This document shows positions 12,951 through 25,119 of a DNA stretch of 64,000 nucleotides, piece by piece. Both the position numbers and the translations under genes were made by a program. Within the stretch, counting starts at the first letter, position 1; each line of letters starts with the position of its first letter. The stretch is from Eledone cirrhosa (lineage: Eukaryota): the NCBI GenBank assembly GCA_964016885.1, contig OZ024741.1, positions 361,212,001 through 361,276,000 on the forward strand. The letters run 5' to 3'. The notes beneath the pieces are model-generated. The model ran no database searches. It was not told the DNA's origin and saw only the letters and a program-made list of their open reading frames with translations.

Positions 12951-15257
12951 CATCATCATCATCATCATCTTCGTTTAACGTCTGTTTTCCACGCTAGTAT
13001 GGGTTAGACGGGAGTTGTCCCACTTGAGGCAAGGCTGGTCGGGTGACCGTGTCTCGCTCATATAGGACTATCTGGCAGGTTTTCTACGGCTGGATGCCCT
13101 TCCTAACACCAACCACATTTACAGTGTGGAACTGGGAACTTTTTACCGTGTTACCTACACGGCCACATTACAGCGTGGACTGTGTGTGTTTTTTGTCATG
13201 ACACCTGCACAAACTCGATCTCATTTTCTCGTGCTGTTGGTGGGAGTGGGAGGATAGGGTAGGGGTAGTAGATTGGGGTGTATATTTGGTTAAGAGGTGC
13301 CTACTGACTGTAGGTTTCGTTTTGTACATAGGCAAGGCAGGTCTTCTGTATTACTGCATAGCGCCAAAGGTCTCGGTCCAGAGACATTGTCTTAGAGAGA
13401 TGTGTGTGAGGTCGGAATTCATCAGATCATCCCAGGTTTTTCTGGGTCTACCTACTCCGTAACTACCATCAATTTTGATCGCCCTGCTCTTTTTGATGCA
13501 GCTGTCGTCTTTCATGCGCATCACGTGACCATACCAACGTAGTCTTCTCTCAAGTAAACAGCATCTAATCTCTCTTATTCCTAATTTCTCACTTAGTTCA
13601 TTTATGCTTTGCCGTTCACGTATATTACTATTACACATCCAACAGAGCATGCATGCTTCATTCCTTTCCAGTCTATGCAGGTCCTCTGCACGTAATGCTC
13701 ATGTCTCACTGCCATGTAGTATTGCTGTTCGTATACAGGCATCATACAATCTGCCTTTCATTTTTAGAGAGAAACCTTTTGTGGCCAACAGCGGTATAAG
13801 CTCTCTGAACTTTTTCCATCCCGTTCTGACTCTGGCTACTGTACTTTTAGAACACCCTCCACCACTGCTGATTTCGTCACCCAGGTAACGGAAAGTGTCT
13901 ACTATTTCTATAGAACCATCTGGGCAATGGAAGGAGCTAGTATCCTTTGGACACTTGCTACTTATTGCACCTGAGCATTGGCCACATATAAAGTCTACGT
14001 TCTTAGATAGTTTACCTGTGATCCCACTACATCTTTTATGTACCCATACTTTGCATTTGGGACATAAAATGAAATTTCTACCTACTCCTTTCCTACACAC
14101 TGAGCATGGCCATTTCCCTGAGGGCACCTGTGCCCTATTTTCCTTTCTACAAACTAGAACTTTAGTCTTAGACAAGTTAACTTTAAGGCCTTTTGATTCT
14201 AGGCCATGCTTCCATGTTTGGAATTTCTTCTCTAGTTCAGCCATTGATTCAGCTATGAGCGTTAGATCATCTGCGTATAGGAGTTCCCATGGGCAGCCGG
14301 TCTTGAACTCCACTGTTATTGCCTGAAGGGCAATAATAAATAAGAGGGGGCTAAGGACAGAGCCTTGATGAACGCCAACTTTTACACTAAATTCTTCACA
14401 ATATTCATTGTTAATTCTAACCTTACTGACTGTTTCATTATACATAGCTTGTATAGCTCTCACAAGCCATTCATCTACAACTAGTTTTCTAAGAGCCCAC
14501 CAGATAATGGAGCGGGGGACTCTGTCAAAAGCTTTCTCCAGGTCTACAAAAGCTAAGTAGAGGGGTTTACTTTTAGCTAGGTACTTCTCTTGTAGTTGTC
14601 GTATAAGGAAAAGGGCGCCTGTGGTACTTTTACCTGACACAAACCCAAACTGCATTTCATCTAGATCAATTCGCTCTCCGATTAGTTGCGCTATAACTCT
14701 TTCTGTGACCTTCATGACCTGGTCAACTAACTTAATACCTCTATAGTTTCCCCTATCTAGAGCATCCCCTTTACCCTTGTAGCAGTTAATGATGATGCTG
14801 CTACACCAGTCATTTGGTATAATCCCATTCTGTATTACTTGGTTAACTATACGGGTGACCATAGTGTGTCCCACCATACCAGATGCCTTCAACATCTCAG
14901 CAACTATCTCCGAAGGCCCAGCTGCCTTGCCTGTCGTCATATCTTTGATTGCCTTACTTATTATACTACCTTTAACTTGCATCGCCGGTCCTTCTATTGG
15001 ATCGATTTGGGGCAGACTATCTTTTTCCCATTTATTCTCCTCATTTAATAGTCTTTCGTAGTGACACTTCCAAGCTACCTTCTTATCTGTATCAGTGAGG
15101 GCAAGTACACGATTATCATTACGGATACACTTCTCCCCGACAATATCACGGTTTTCCTTGACACATTGTCTAGCAATCCTGAACACCTCACGTTTTTGGT
15201 CCTCACGTTGCAGAACATGCTTGAACTTTCTATCCTCTGCTACCCTTTTTGCAAGGT
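12951..15257 (-). mobile_element. 5'-truncated RTE LINE: reverse transcriptase, PHD finger, C-terminus, 3'UTR, (GAT)n tail
   Basis: Motifs NYRGIKL, QFGF, FVDLEKAFDRV, GVHQGSVLSPLLF, LLYADDL, FRYLG. A single in-frame stop at 13699 precedes ERRLRWYGHV..GRPRKTW. The 5' end abuts (TA)n. Confidence 0.95.
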
Positions 15258-15262
15258 ACATA

Positions 15263-15325
<63 letters not shown>

Positions 15326-15589
15326 ACATATGTGTTTGGTGATGATGATATAAGCATGGAGAAACTAATGTGAAACGTGTAAATTTCCTATATACGCTGT
15401 AGACGTGTGTATATAAGTATCTGTGTTTGTGTGTGTATATAAGTATCTGTGTCTGTGTGTGTGTATATAAGTATCTGTGTCTGTGTGTGTATATACACAT
15501 CTTCTAAATACTTCCAATTCCCCCTCAATCTCATTTTTACCTGCAAAAAGTTTAGAATCTTGGGTGTTATTTCATGAACAGCCAACCTT

Positions 15590-15667
<78 letters not shown>

Positions 15668-15700
15668 CACTACTATTACTCTACTGCTGTTGCTGCTGCT
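15590..15700. repeat. (TAC)n trinucleotide microsatellite
   Basis: Direct reading of the sequence. Confidence 0.95.
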
Positions 15701-16032
15701 GCTAATGGAATGGCACAGTTGCTGCTTTCATACCTGAAAAACATTCCTCTTACACATCCACTGGTGCTAAACCTTGCATTTCACCTGGGCTTGTCGAGGC
15801 ACCAACCATACTCTCACTAGTACTCACTCACTTACACTCACTCATATACTATGTACATGCACACACACACACATACACACGCACACACACGCACACACAC
15901 ACACATAGCATTGACACACATACACGCAGAGACAGGCACCTACAATGCTCAAACTAACACTCAGCCACTCCCACTCCCACACAAGCTGTCACATAGTATA
16001 GACACACATACATACATACATACATACATACA

Positions 16033-16066
<34 letters not shown>

Positions 16067-16185
16067 CATACATACATACATATATACATACATACACATA
16101 CTTATGTCATTTAGCTGATCATTCAGACTCACAAGTCAAGTACAAACACATAAACAGGGCCAGAAAAGAAATACGTACACACACC

Positions 16186-16234
<49 letters not shown>

Positions 16235-16674
16235 ATATATATATATTTATTGTATTCAGACATGTAGAGCGATAACTTTTTGGTAGTTATATATATATAC
16301 ATATATATATATACATATATATATAAGAATTAAAATACTAGAGTGCGTTGGAGTAAAATTGTAGGCTAATAAAGACTTTTGATGTATTGAAGGCTTCTTT
16401 GTCTATTTTTATAATTTTTATAATACATATATATATATATATGGCGGTTCCCCACGATGCCATCAGCCTGTTGGGTGGAATATGTAATAGGGTAATATAA
16501 TATATTATACATATATATAATACATACAATAAGACCCGTCCCACCCTTGCAAGCAGGGAAACGCTGACGTAAAATGATGATGACAATATATATATATAAT
16601 ATATATAATATATATATATATAATATATATATATAATATATATATATATATAATATATATAATATATCATCATT

Positions 16675-16995
16675 CATCATCATTTCATTTTACGTCCGCT
16701 TTTTCCCTGCTTGCAAGGGTATGACAGGAACTGATTCTGGCCTGACTTCTACAGCTGGATGCCCTTCCTAACACCAACCTCATTTACAGTGAGTGCTGGG
16801 TGCTTTTTTGCCGTGGCACCTCCACGACCACTTTGCAGTGGAATGATATGGACCCCAGTCCCTATCATCTCATTTCTACAGCTGAGTAAACTGGAGCAAT
16901 GTGAAATAAAGTGTCTTGCTCAAGGAAACGACACATCACCCAGTCTGAGAATTGAACTCACAACCTTTCGATTGCAAGGCCAATGCTCTAACCAA
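16675..16995 (-). mobile_element. tRNA/CORE-like SINE with RTE tail, copy 2
   Basis: Near-identical to 5883-6251. Confidence 0.8.
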
Positions 16996-17009
16996 TATAT
17001 ATATAAAAG

Positions 17010-17210
17010 AAAATTTTCGCTCTACATGGCTGAGTACAATAAATGTAATCTGAGTTTTTCAAATATTAATAATAACATTCGATTCGTTTGCAATTATACA
17101 AACAAGCCTCAATTGTATAGCCATGTCAGTAGAATGAACCCTTCATTCTTGCTCTTGTGTTGGCATGTGAACAGAACTGTAGACACTAATGTTTCTGGGT
17201 ATCACCCTGG
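17010..17210 (-). mobile_element. Penelope-like terminal repeat fragment containing half a hammerhead motif
   Basis: Closely matches 58302-58497 but diverges before the CTGATGA core. Confidence 0.65.
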
Positions 17211-17432
17211 GTATCAACTTGAAAAGGTAAATACTGGGGTTGATCCAAAACAGGAGGTGCATAGGAGAAAATCAACAGGAAAAGAGGCAGCCCTGTATCC
17301 TCAGTCAACTTCTGGAAATTACTACAGTTTCAGTGCATTAAAATTGATACTATTCATTCCAATGCACATTGATCATCATCATCATCATTTTACGTCCGCT
17401 TTTCCCTGCTTACAAGGGTGGGATATATATAT

Positions 17433-17636
17433 AACAAAGCGGGTGTGGTAAGGTACCAGGTGGATCATAACACACCAGAGTATTCAATACGTAGGCTAGT
17501 AGAGTGGGTAATAGGAAAAGAGTCAGGACACTGACGGCTGAGCTCCGGCTGTATCGACAGCTAGATCCGATCTAGTTTGGATTTAGCTGTCGAAACGGCC
17601 GGAGCTCAGCCGTCAGTGTCCTGACTCTTTTCCTAT
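17433..17636 (+). mobile_element. Fold-back element family A, copy 2
   Basis: Same leader as 1746-1830. Hairpin at 17511-17636. Flanked by TA repeats. Confidence 0.75.
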
Positions 17637-18541
17637 ATAATATATATATAAAAATTTAATAATAATGATTATTATTATTATTTGTTGGCTCTTCATCTCT
17701 TTTAGCTAGAGTAGATTAGAGAATTAATTATAGCTTTTTAAACATATTTCAGCAGCTAAAATTCTTAGTTGTTCCATTTCCTAACCTACTTCTCTCTTCT
17801 TGATTACAATGGCAATATTTGCCAGATTATTTACTTGCTATTTGATGCTGCAAGGCTCACTGACTTCCAGACAGAATTTGTTTATAATTGCTTACTCTGT
17901 GGAGGCACGTGGCCTAGTGGTAAGGGTGTTGGACTTATGATCATAATATCATGGATTTGACTTCTGGATATATATATATATATAGGAGGGGCGGCACAGG
18001 ACAAAGACAACAGAGAAAATCCCTTTGTTGCCAACAGTGATTGTAGCACCTTTTCTTATACTAGCCACTATGTTTTCAAAGCAACCTACTTCATAACTAA
18101 GTAGGTCACCCATTTAGTTAGTAGAATCTATCAGTTACATCTATAGAATCTTCCCTTTGCAGTAAATGTATACTTTACTTACAGACACACATTCACATAT
18201 AATATAAGAAATAATAATGTGGGAGAGTGTATTCTGCACAGACTCCATTTATCACAATTTACTCACCAAGTATTCCTCAACTAAAGGCTATAGTATAAGA
18301 CATTTGGCCAACATGCAACACTTTGGAACTGAACCTTCACTCCCAATCACATGTTTGCAAAACAAAATCTTTAACGACACTGCCATGACTGCACCTCTAA
18401 ATGAATTTTCTTTCTCACATGGGCCAAGAGAGTAATCCTGAAATTTTGATTGACCAAATATTAACCATTTTGATACCAAACAGGCAGAAACCACCAACTA
18501 CTTGTTCTATTAACATGTTTATGTTTATTGATATTTTAGGA

Positions 18542-18884
18542 CAGAGGTTCTCAAAGTGGGCGCTCCTGCACCCTGGGGGTTGTTGAGAAGGTCCAAGTGT
18601 GCGCTGGTGCCTAAGGGGGCAGTGTGTGTGTGTGTGTGTGGGGGGGGGGGGGGGTAAAGATGATATAATAGGATATTAGCTATCCAATGATACATATATA
18701 TAAATACAGTAAAATAAAAGATATATAATATTTATACATAGTATATTTTACATAATTTATTATATATAAAGTAACGATTTTATTTATTATATATTATTTA
18801 CAATTTCCGTGTAGGCAGGTCTCTCTGGAAATAGGGTTGGGAGTATTATGTGGCCGGTGGCCCAAAAAAGTTTGAGAATCGCTG
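18542..18884. mobile_element. hAT (Charlie/MER5-like) MITE
   Basis: TIRs CAGAGGTTCTCAAAGT / AGTTTGAGAATCGCTG. Imperfect 8-bp TSD ttttagga / ttctagga. Confidence 0.8.
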
Positions 18885-18899
18885 TTCTAGGATATATTA

Positions 18900-19285
18900 G
18901 ATCACAATGTCGTGCAGTTATAACATTACAAATATTTGTTTTTTAAATATATACATAAATAACATTATAAATTGTTCGCAATTTGTTCAGAGGAAATATG
19001 TTTAAACCGTGTATAAAAATATAATATAATTCATTGAATAATGATGATAAAGGAAAGAAAAAAAAGGCGGGAGGTCGGCAATTCACCACCAACTGCAACA
19101 ATTGGCCCCACTTCACACCTTAGGGGTTAACTACACACTTTGAAGCAAGCCAACATACGGGGTGATATGGGCGGGGTGATATGGGCGGGGTGATATGGGT
19201 GAGGCTAAAGCGCTGAAATAACCAGGCACCCTCAGAGGTATCACCTGACACCTCAGTAAGGTGAGTCGCCAAAGCAGAGTGAAAT
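18900..19285 (-). mobile_element. Second CRE-like 3' fragment
   Basis: Reverse complement encodes SALATHLTEVSGDTSEGAWLFQRFSL, homologous to 3080-3165. 3'UTR resembles 2820-2920. Confidence 0.7.
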
Positions 19286-20326
19286 TAATATCTTATTACA
19301 TGTCATTGACTATTCACCAAACTGCGGAATCAGGTATATTGTTGAACAATGAAAACAAATAAGGCAAAGTTTAGTACTTAATTAATCTATTGTTTTATTG
19401 TTGTTAATTAAGAACTAAACATTGACTTACTCATTTTCATTGTTCAACCATATATATGTAATGTATCATCATCATCATTTTACGTCTATTTTTCCATGCT
19501 ATATATCCATATATATGAATATATATGTATATATATTTATATAAACATCAGCTTAATAATTATTTCTACTTTTGGCACAAGGCCAGCAATTATTCCAGTG
19601 CATTACTGGTACTTTATTTTATCGACCCCGTAAGGATGAAAGGCAAAGTTAACCTCAGCAGGATTTGAACCAAGACTGTAAAGGGCCGCAACTCTCTGTC
19701 ATTTACGGTCTGAGTTCAAATCCCGCTGTGGTTAACCTTGCCTGAGAAACTTATATTGCTGGATTCATCCAGAATCTTGAATATTTTCAAAATTATTTGT
19801 AAATCATAGGCAGTGTTTTTCATTAGCATGGTAACAAAAGGGTTGAACTACATTATGCAGTTGTAAGTTTGTATAGTTTACTATGTGTGGGCAAAGGTTG
19901 GTATCAATGAAGCATATAGGAATGTTTTTTATGCTGGTGTGGGAATATAGTCATATAGTCAGAGTTGTGGGGGAGGTTCAGTGAGGAATGAGAGAAATAG
20001 AAAGTAACTAAGGAGAGGTCATGTATGTATGTATGTTCTTCTGGTTTTATAATTTCACAAATTTTTACCAATAGAGAGAGAGTCGGTTTCTAACATAGAC
20101 ACAAGACTCGCATTGGAATGTACACAACATCAACTAGGTAGACTATGTATGCATGCCTGCCTGCATGCATGCATAGATATGGATGTTATTGTATGTGTGG
20201 ATGTGGATGTTTTGAGTTGTATGTGTGCATGTGTATATGCTTTGTATATGTACATGTGTATATGCAGTTATTAGATGCAAAATTTTTGGAATGTTTTACA
20301 TATTTTTACTGTTCCATTAATGGATT

Positions 20327-20736
20327 CATCATCATCATCATCGTTTAACATCCATCTTCCACGCTTGCATGGGTTTGGATGGGAGGTTTCCCACTTGAGG
20401 CAAGATTTGTTGTCCTGCTCGTATAGGACTGTCTAGCGGGTTTTCTACGGCTGGATGCCCTTCCTAACACCAACCACGTTTACAGTGTGGACTGGGAGGT
20501 TTTTACCGTGTTACCTACACGGCCACATTACAGCGTGGACTGTGTGTTTTTTTTTTGTCGTGACACCTACATGACCTCATTTGTTTCGGACTGGATGTTG
20601 TGGTACCAACATAACTTCACATTTAAGGGGGTGGTGTGGATGGGGTGGGGGTAGAGGGACGGGGGGTGTATTTTGTTAGAGGTGCCTACTGACTGTAGGT
20701 TTCTCTTTGTACTTAGGCACGGCGGGTCTTCTGTAT
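20327..20736 (-). mobile_element. RTE 3'UTR fragment
   Basis: Colinear with 12951-13350, with a (CAT)n tail. Confidence 0.8.
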
Positions 20737-21590
20737 GATTCTACTTCTAATTTCCTAACTAGTTGTGTTCTTTCTGTTCCTGTGAAGCCTAGCTTCTCAA
20801 GATTTGTATTGAGGTAGTTACTAACGTACCCCAGTACCCCCAATAATCACAGGCATAAATCTGAAGGTGTAATCAGGGTGGAATATCTGCAGATTTCTCA
20901 TCAGTTCTGCATAAATGTTCTCCTTTTTGCTAATCTTTGATATTATATTGGCATCTGCTGGGCAGCTAACTTCCACTAATGTGCATGCTTTCTTTTCCCT
21001 GTCCCATATCATAATATCTAGTCTGTTATGCCTGCATTTTATTGGGGTTTTTACTGGAACATTCCACCAGTACTCTTTCTTATTATGTACATGGATGTCT
21101 TCCACATTGCTGTAACTTTTAATGTATTTATTACCAGCGCTATCTTTTCTACGGATTGCATTGTACAGTGTTTTGGCCACTACATCATGCCTCATAGGTA
21201 GATAGTACCGCGATGACATCTTTGGGCAGCTGCTGATGACATGGGTGACATCTTCGATGTTAATTCTGCAGAGTCTGCACTTGTTATCACATCTAGGTGT
21301 TTTGCCTACATCCCTATCTCTTTTGTGAATCAGGTATTTCATGTTAATTTCCTGTTCTTGGATTGCAAAAGCGTATCCTTCAAAGTGGGAGACAATATAG
21401 CGGTTGTTGGTCCAATATAGACTACTTTCCTTATCTATATTACTCTCACTCTGGAGCTTCCTGGCAACATATCCATGCATGATTTTTTGCTGATAAGCAT
21501 GCAGTTTTTCATCCATGGATTCACTGCGATACTGCTGAGCGACTTCCCTGGGTGTGAGTTTTTGATTATCACACAGGGAATATTTCACAT
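20737..21590 (-). mobile_element. R4/Dong-clade non-LTR retrotransposon C-terminal fragment (CCHC knuckle + restriction-like endonuclease)
   Basis: 255-aa ORF with AIQEQ, CRLC..EDVTHVISSC, RHD, WWN..VKT...HNRLDI, VEVSCPAD.N..K..KK..Y and PVIIG motifs. Confidence 0.85.
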
Positions 21591-21744
21591 ATTATATAAC
21601 TAAGGAGAGGTCATGTATGTATGTATGTATGTATGTATGTATGTATGTATGTATGTATGTATGTATGTATGTATGTATGTATGTGTGTGTGTGTGTGTAT
21701 GTATGTATGTGTTTATGTATGTGTGTATGTATGTATGTATTTAT

Positions 21745-22185
21745 TGGTGAGGAGGATGACTTTGGACACCCTGCAGGACAAAAAACAAAACCTGACAAAG
21801 GGCGGAAGAACTCATAAGAATCAATGGCCATCCAAAAGTGTGTAAATATGTATATACACATGTACATATGTATGTATATGTGTATGTGTATATACATGGG
21901 TGCATGTGTGTGTATATGCGCGGGGACATAAAAATAGTCGGGCTGGACACCCGATCACGCGGTTAAACCACTGGGGCATTCTTCTAGGAGAAGGCAACTC
22001 AGGAAACTGGGATAACTCCGATATAAAACCTGCGGGTCAGTAGTTACCGATGATGTTGATCTTTTCTTCTTTTCGTGTTATAGCTACTGTCGCTCAGAGA
22101 GTGGGATTGGCTCAGTGCACAGTCTTTCCTCACTTTAAAAAATATCTTCACACACAGGTATTGCAAGATAGAATTAATTAATATG
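21745..22185 (+). mobile_element. Non-autonomous interspersed repeat with RTE-5'UTR-like motif and 3' stem-loop
   Basis: Copies at 12669-12905, 21745-22185, 28230-28580 (diverged), 28760-29390 and 35725-36165. The longer copies share TCTAGGAGAAGGCAACTC..AAACCTGCG, and all share GCACAGTCTTTCCTCACTT-like sequence. Confidence 0.7.
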
Positions 22186-22308
22186 TATCTATATATTTAT
22201 GTATGGGCGTGTATGTATGTATGTGTATTTCTGGGATAATATGAGTGAAAGAGAGAGTGATAAGATTGTATGTGTGTGTCTGGAATAGAATGTATCCGGG
22301 ATGTAATA

Positions 22309-22342
<34 letters not shown>

Positions 22343-22884
22343 ACATATTATATCTAGGTTTATTTATAAAGGTCCTGAAAAATTTTAACATAGGAAAATT
22401 TCTTGAGGGTGGGGTATTGTGCATGAAGAACCTATAATTAAGTAGGTGGTAACATATTTAATGTTGTGGATTTAGCTAAGAAAAATCATTAGCATTAATG
22501 ATAATTGATGACAGTGGATTGGCAGTATCGGTAGAGCGTCAGACACCATGCTTTGCAGCATAGAGTTATGACCCTTTACAGTCTGAGTTTAAATCCCGCT
22601 GAGGTTAACTTGGCCTTTCATCCCTACAGGGTCGATAAAATACAACACCAGTAATGCACTGACCTTGTGCCAAAAGTAGAAACAATTAATGATAATTGTT
22701 GCTAAGAAAAGCAAGGTAGACAACTCAGAAGTCGAAACTGATTAAAAATGTGATGGGGATATGCAATGAGGAGTAAGTCTAACCATTGTCAAGTACTGTG
22801 ACAACTCTGGCCATATTTGGGAGAATTTTTGTTTACAATCATATCCAATCACCAAAGTTCATCAAAGTTGAGCCTGTTTAGTAT

Positions 22885-23084
22885 TTAACCCTTTAGCATT
22901 ACTCTATATATACTATTGTATTTTCATGGTCAATATCTCACATAATATTAAATCTATGAAATTTTGATATTATTCGTTTTGAATAACTTAACATCAGTAT
23001 GTGCCGCCAGTTACAGCCGGTTTGAACAGGCAGAAGTGAGAGAATTGTGCTTGGATACAGCTGGTTGAAATGCTGAAGGGTTAA
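22885..23084. mobile_element. piggyBac-type MITE
   Basis: TTAA|CCCTTTAGCATT...AATGCTGAAGGG|TTAA. Confidence 0.8.
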
Positions 23085-24904
23085 ATGAGTGACCACTTGG
23101 AAAACCTAAATACTGTAAGCATTTTCCCCTTGACTATGCTCGTGTGGAAGATAGACGTTAAACGATGATGATGATTGACTGACCAAACACCAGACATTGA
23201 TTGACCAATTCCTTTTTCTGTGTTACCATCGAGATCTTTGATATCCTCGGTCCTAGGACTGCCCTTTTTCCTCTGATAAATTTGGATGAGGTCATCATAC
23301 CTGAAGAAGCAATTATAAAATATCCTAGATAATTTTTGAAACCAGAAAACTTCATCACACTTGATTAGTTTTTCTAAATAAATATTAAATATTGATTTAT
23401 TTGTGCATATCTTCGACTCTGCCCTCTCTGTAACTAACAAACACACACACAAAGACGCACTAACACAATCACATACATAAACAGATACATATATATTACA
23501 GTATTGCTACGCACTTGTATGAAGTGGGTTAATAACATTTCTGTAGCCAGTCTTTTATTCTCTTGCCGAGTTCAGTCATTGAACTGCAGCCATGCTGGAG
23601 CACTGCCTTCAAAGGTTTTAGTCAATACTATCAACAGCAGCACCTTGATTGTTACTTGTGCTAATAAGCTTGGAGGGTGGGGATGTAATGTGTTGACCTT
23701 CATATAAAGAGACATTACTAGAATGTAGAGTAGTATAATCAATTCAAACAAGATATTATCTACCACTTCTGTTATTCATTAACATTATACATATTTATAT
23801 GTGTGTGTGTATGAGAGAGAGGGGGGGGGGGTACTCATGCATATACATTATCATAAAAGATGACAGCTTCTTATTGGTTTTGCCTTGCTGGCTTATTTGA
23901 CAGATTCTATATTTGACTCTATGTTTAGGAAGACAGTAACACTGATTAAGCTTTTAGTTACCAACACGGCCAAAACTGGCTCTGTTTCTATGAAATAAAA
24001 CTACCCATTTTAAACTTCCAACATAATTTCATATAAGAACCTTATATTAAGTTACTATCTTTGTAAGGAAATAATTAATAATTTTAGAAAATCTCTCAAA
24101 AATCTTCATTAATTAATTAAATATAGTGTATTTCATTAGAAATGCAGTCATTAGAGCGTTAAATACTGACTTGGTCTGACCCATCCAACCTATTCCAGCT
24201 TGAAGAAAAATGGATGTAAAACGATAATGAAGATGAAGATGTGTATGTATATGTGTGTGTTTATATCCAATGGACTTCTACATAGACTCTAGCTACCAAA
24301 TTTCACTTACAAACCTTTGGTCTCTCTAAGTCCATGGTAGAATCAAATCTAAAACCACATGATTGTAAAGCAACCTTCTAAACAATTTTGCCATGCCAGT
24401 ACCCATTAATTATATCACCCTAGGACGGTGGATTGGCAGTATCGGTAGAGGGTCGAGTTTGACGCATGGAGTTACGGCCCTTGCCTTTCATCCTTACGGG
24501 GTCGATAAAATAAAGTACCAGTAATGTACTGGGTAATTGCTGGCCTTGTGCCAAAAGTAGAAACAATTAATTATATCAACCCTTTTATTACCATATTTCT
24601 AATGAAATACACTGATTTGAATTAATTGATTAATTAAGAATTTGGAAGCATTTACCAAAATTATGGATTGCTTCATTATAAAAACATTTTGGTATATAGT
24701 TACGTCCCTTTACATTCTGAGTTCAAGACCTGCTAAGGTTACATTTATCTTTCATCCTTATGTATCTTAGGGTATATTTTATTGACTTTCCCCTCCCCCA
24801 AAATTGTTGGCCTTTACCTAAATCAGAAATCATTAATAATATAGCATTTGTAACATACATACAACTTAATGATATTGGAAAATTTAAATTTGAATAGGAA
24901 CCCT

Positions 24905-25119
24905 TTAACCCTTTAGCATTTAAACTGGCAGTATCTGGCCAGAATTCTCTCACTTCTTTCAGTTCAAACCAGCCATAACCAGTTTAAGGTACTGTTCTCA
25001 AAATAAATAATATCAAAATCTCATAGATTCAATATTATGTGAGATAATTATGTAAGGTAAAACCTTTACTATGAAACTATAATAGTAAATATAGAGTTAT
25101 GTAAATGCTAAAGGGTTAA
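24905..25119. mobile_element. piggyBac-type MITE, same family, opposite orientation
   Basis: TTAA|CCCTTTAGCATTTA...TAAATGCTAAAGGG|TTAA. Confidence 0.85.

Noticed and set aside
15477-15737. Poly-Thr, poly-Val, poly-Ser and poly-Leu ORFs (also 29753-30119 and 53457-53730)
   Set aside because: Trinucleotide microsatellites.
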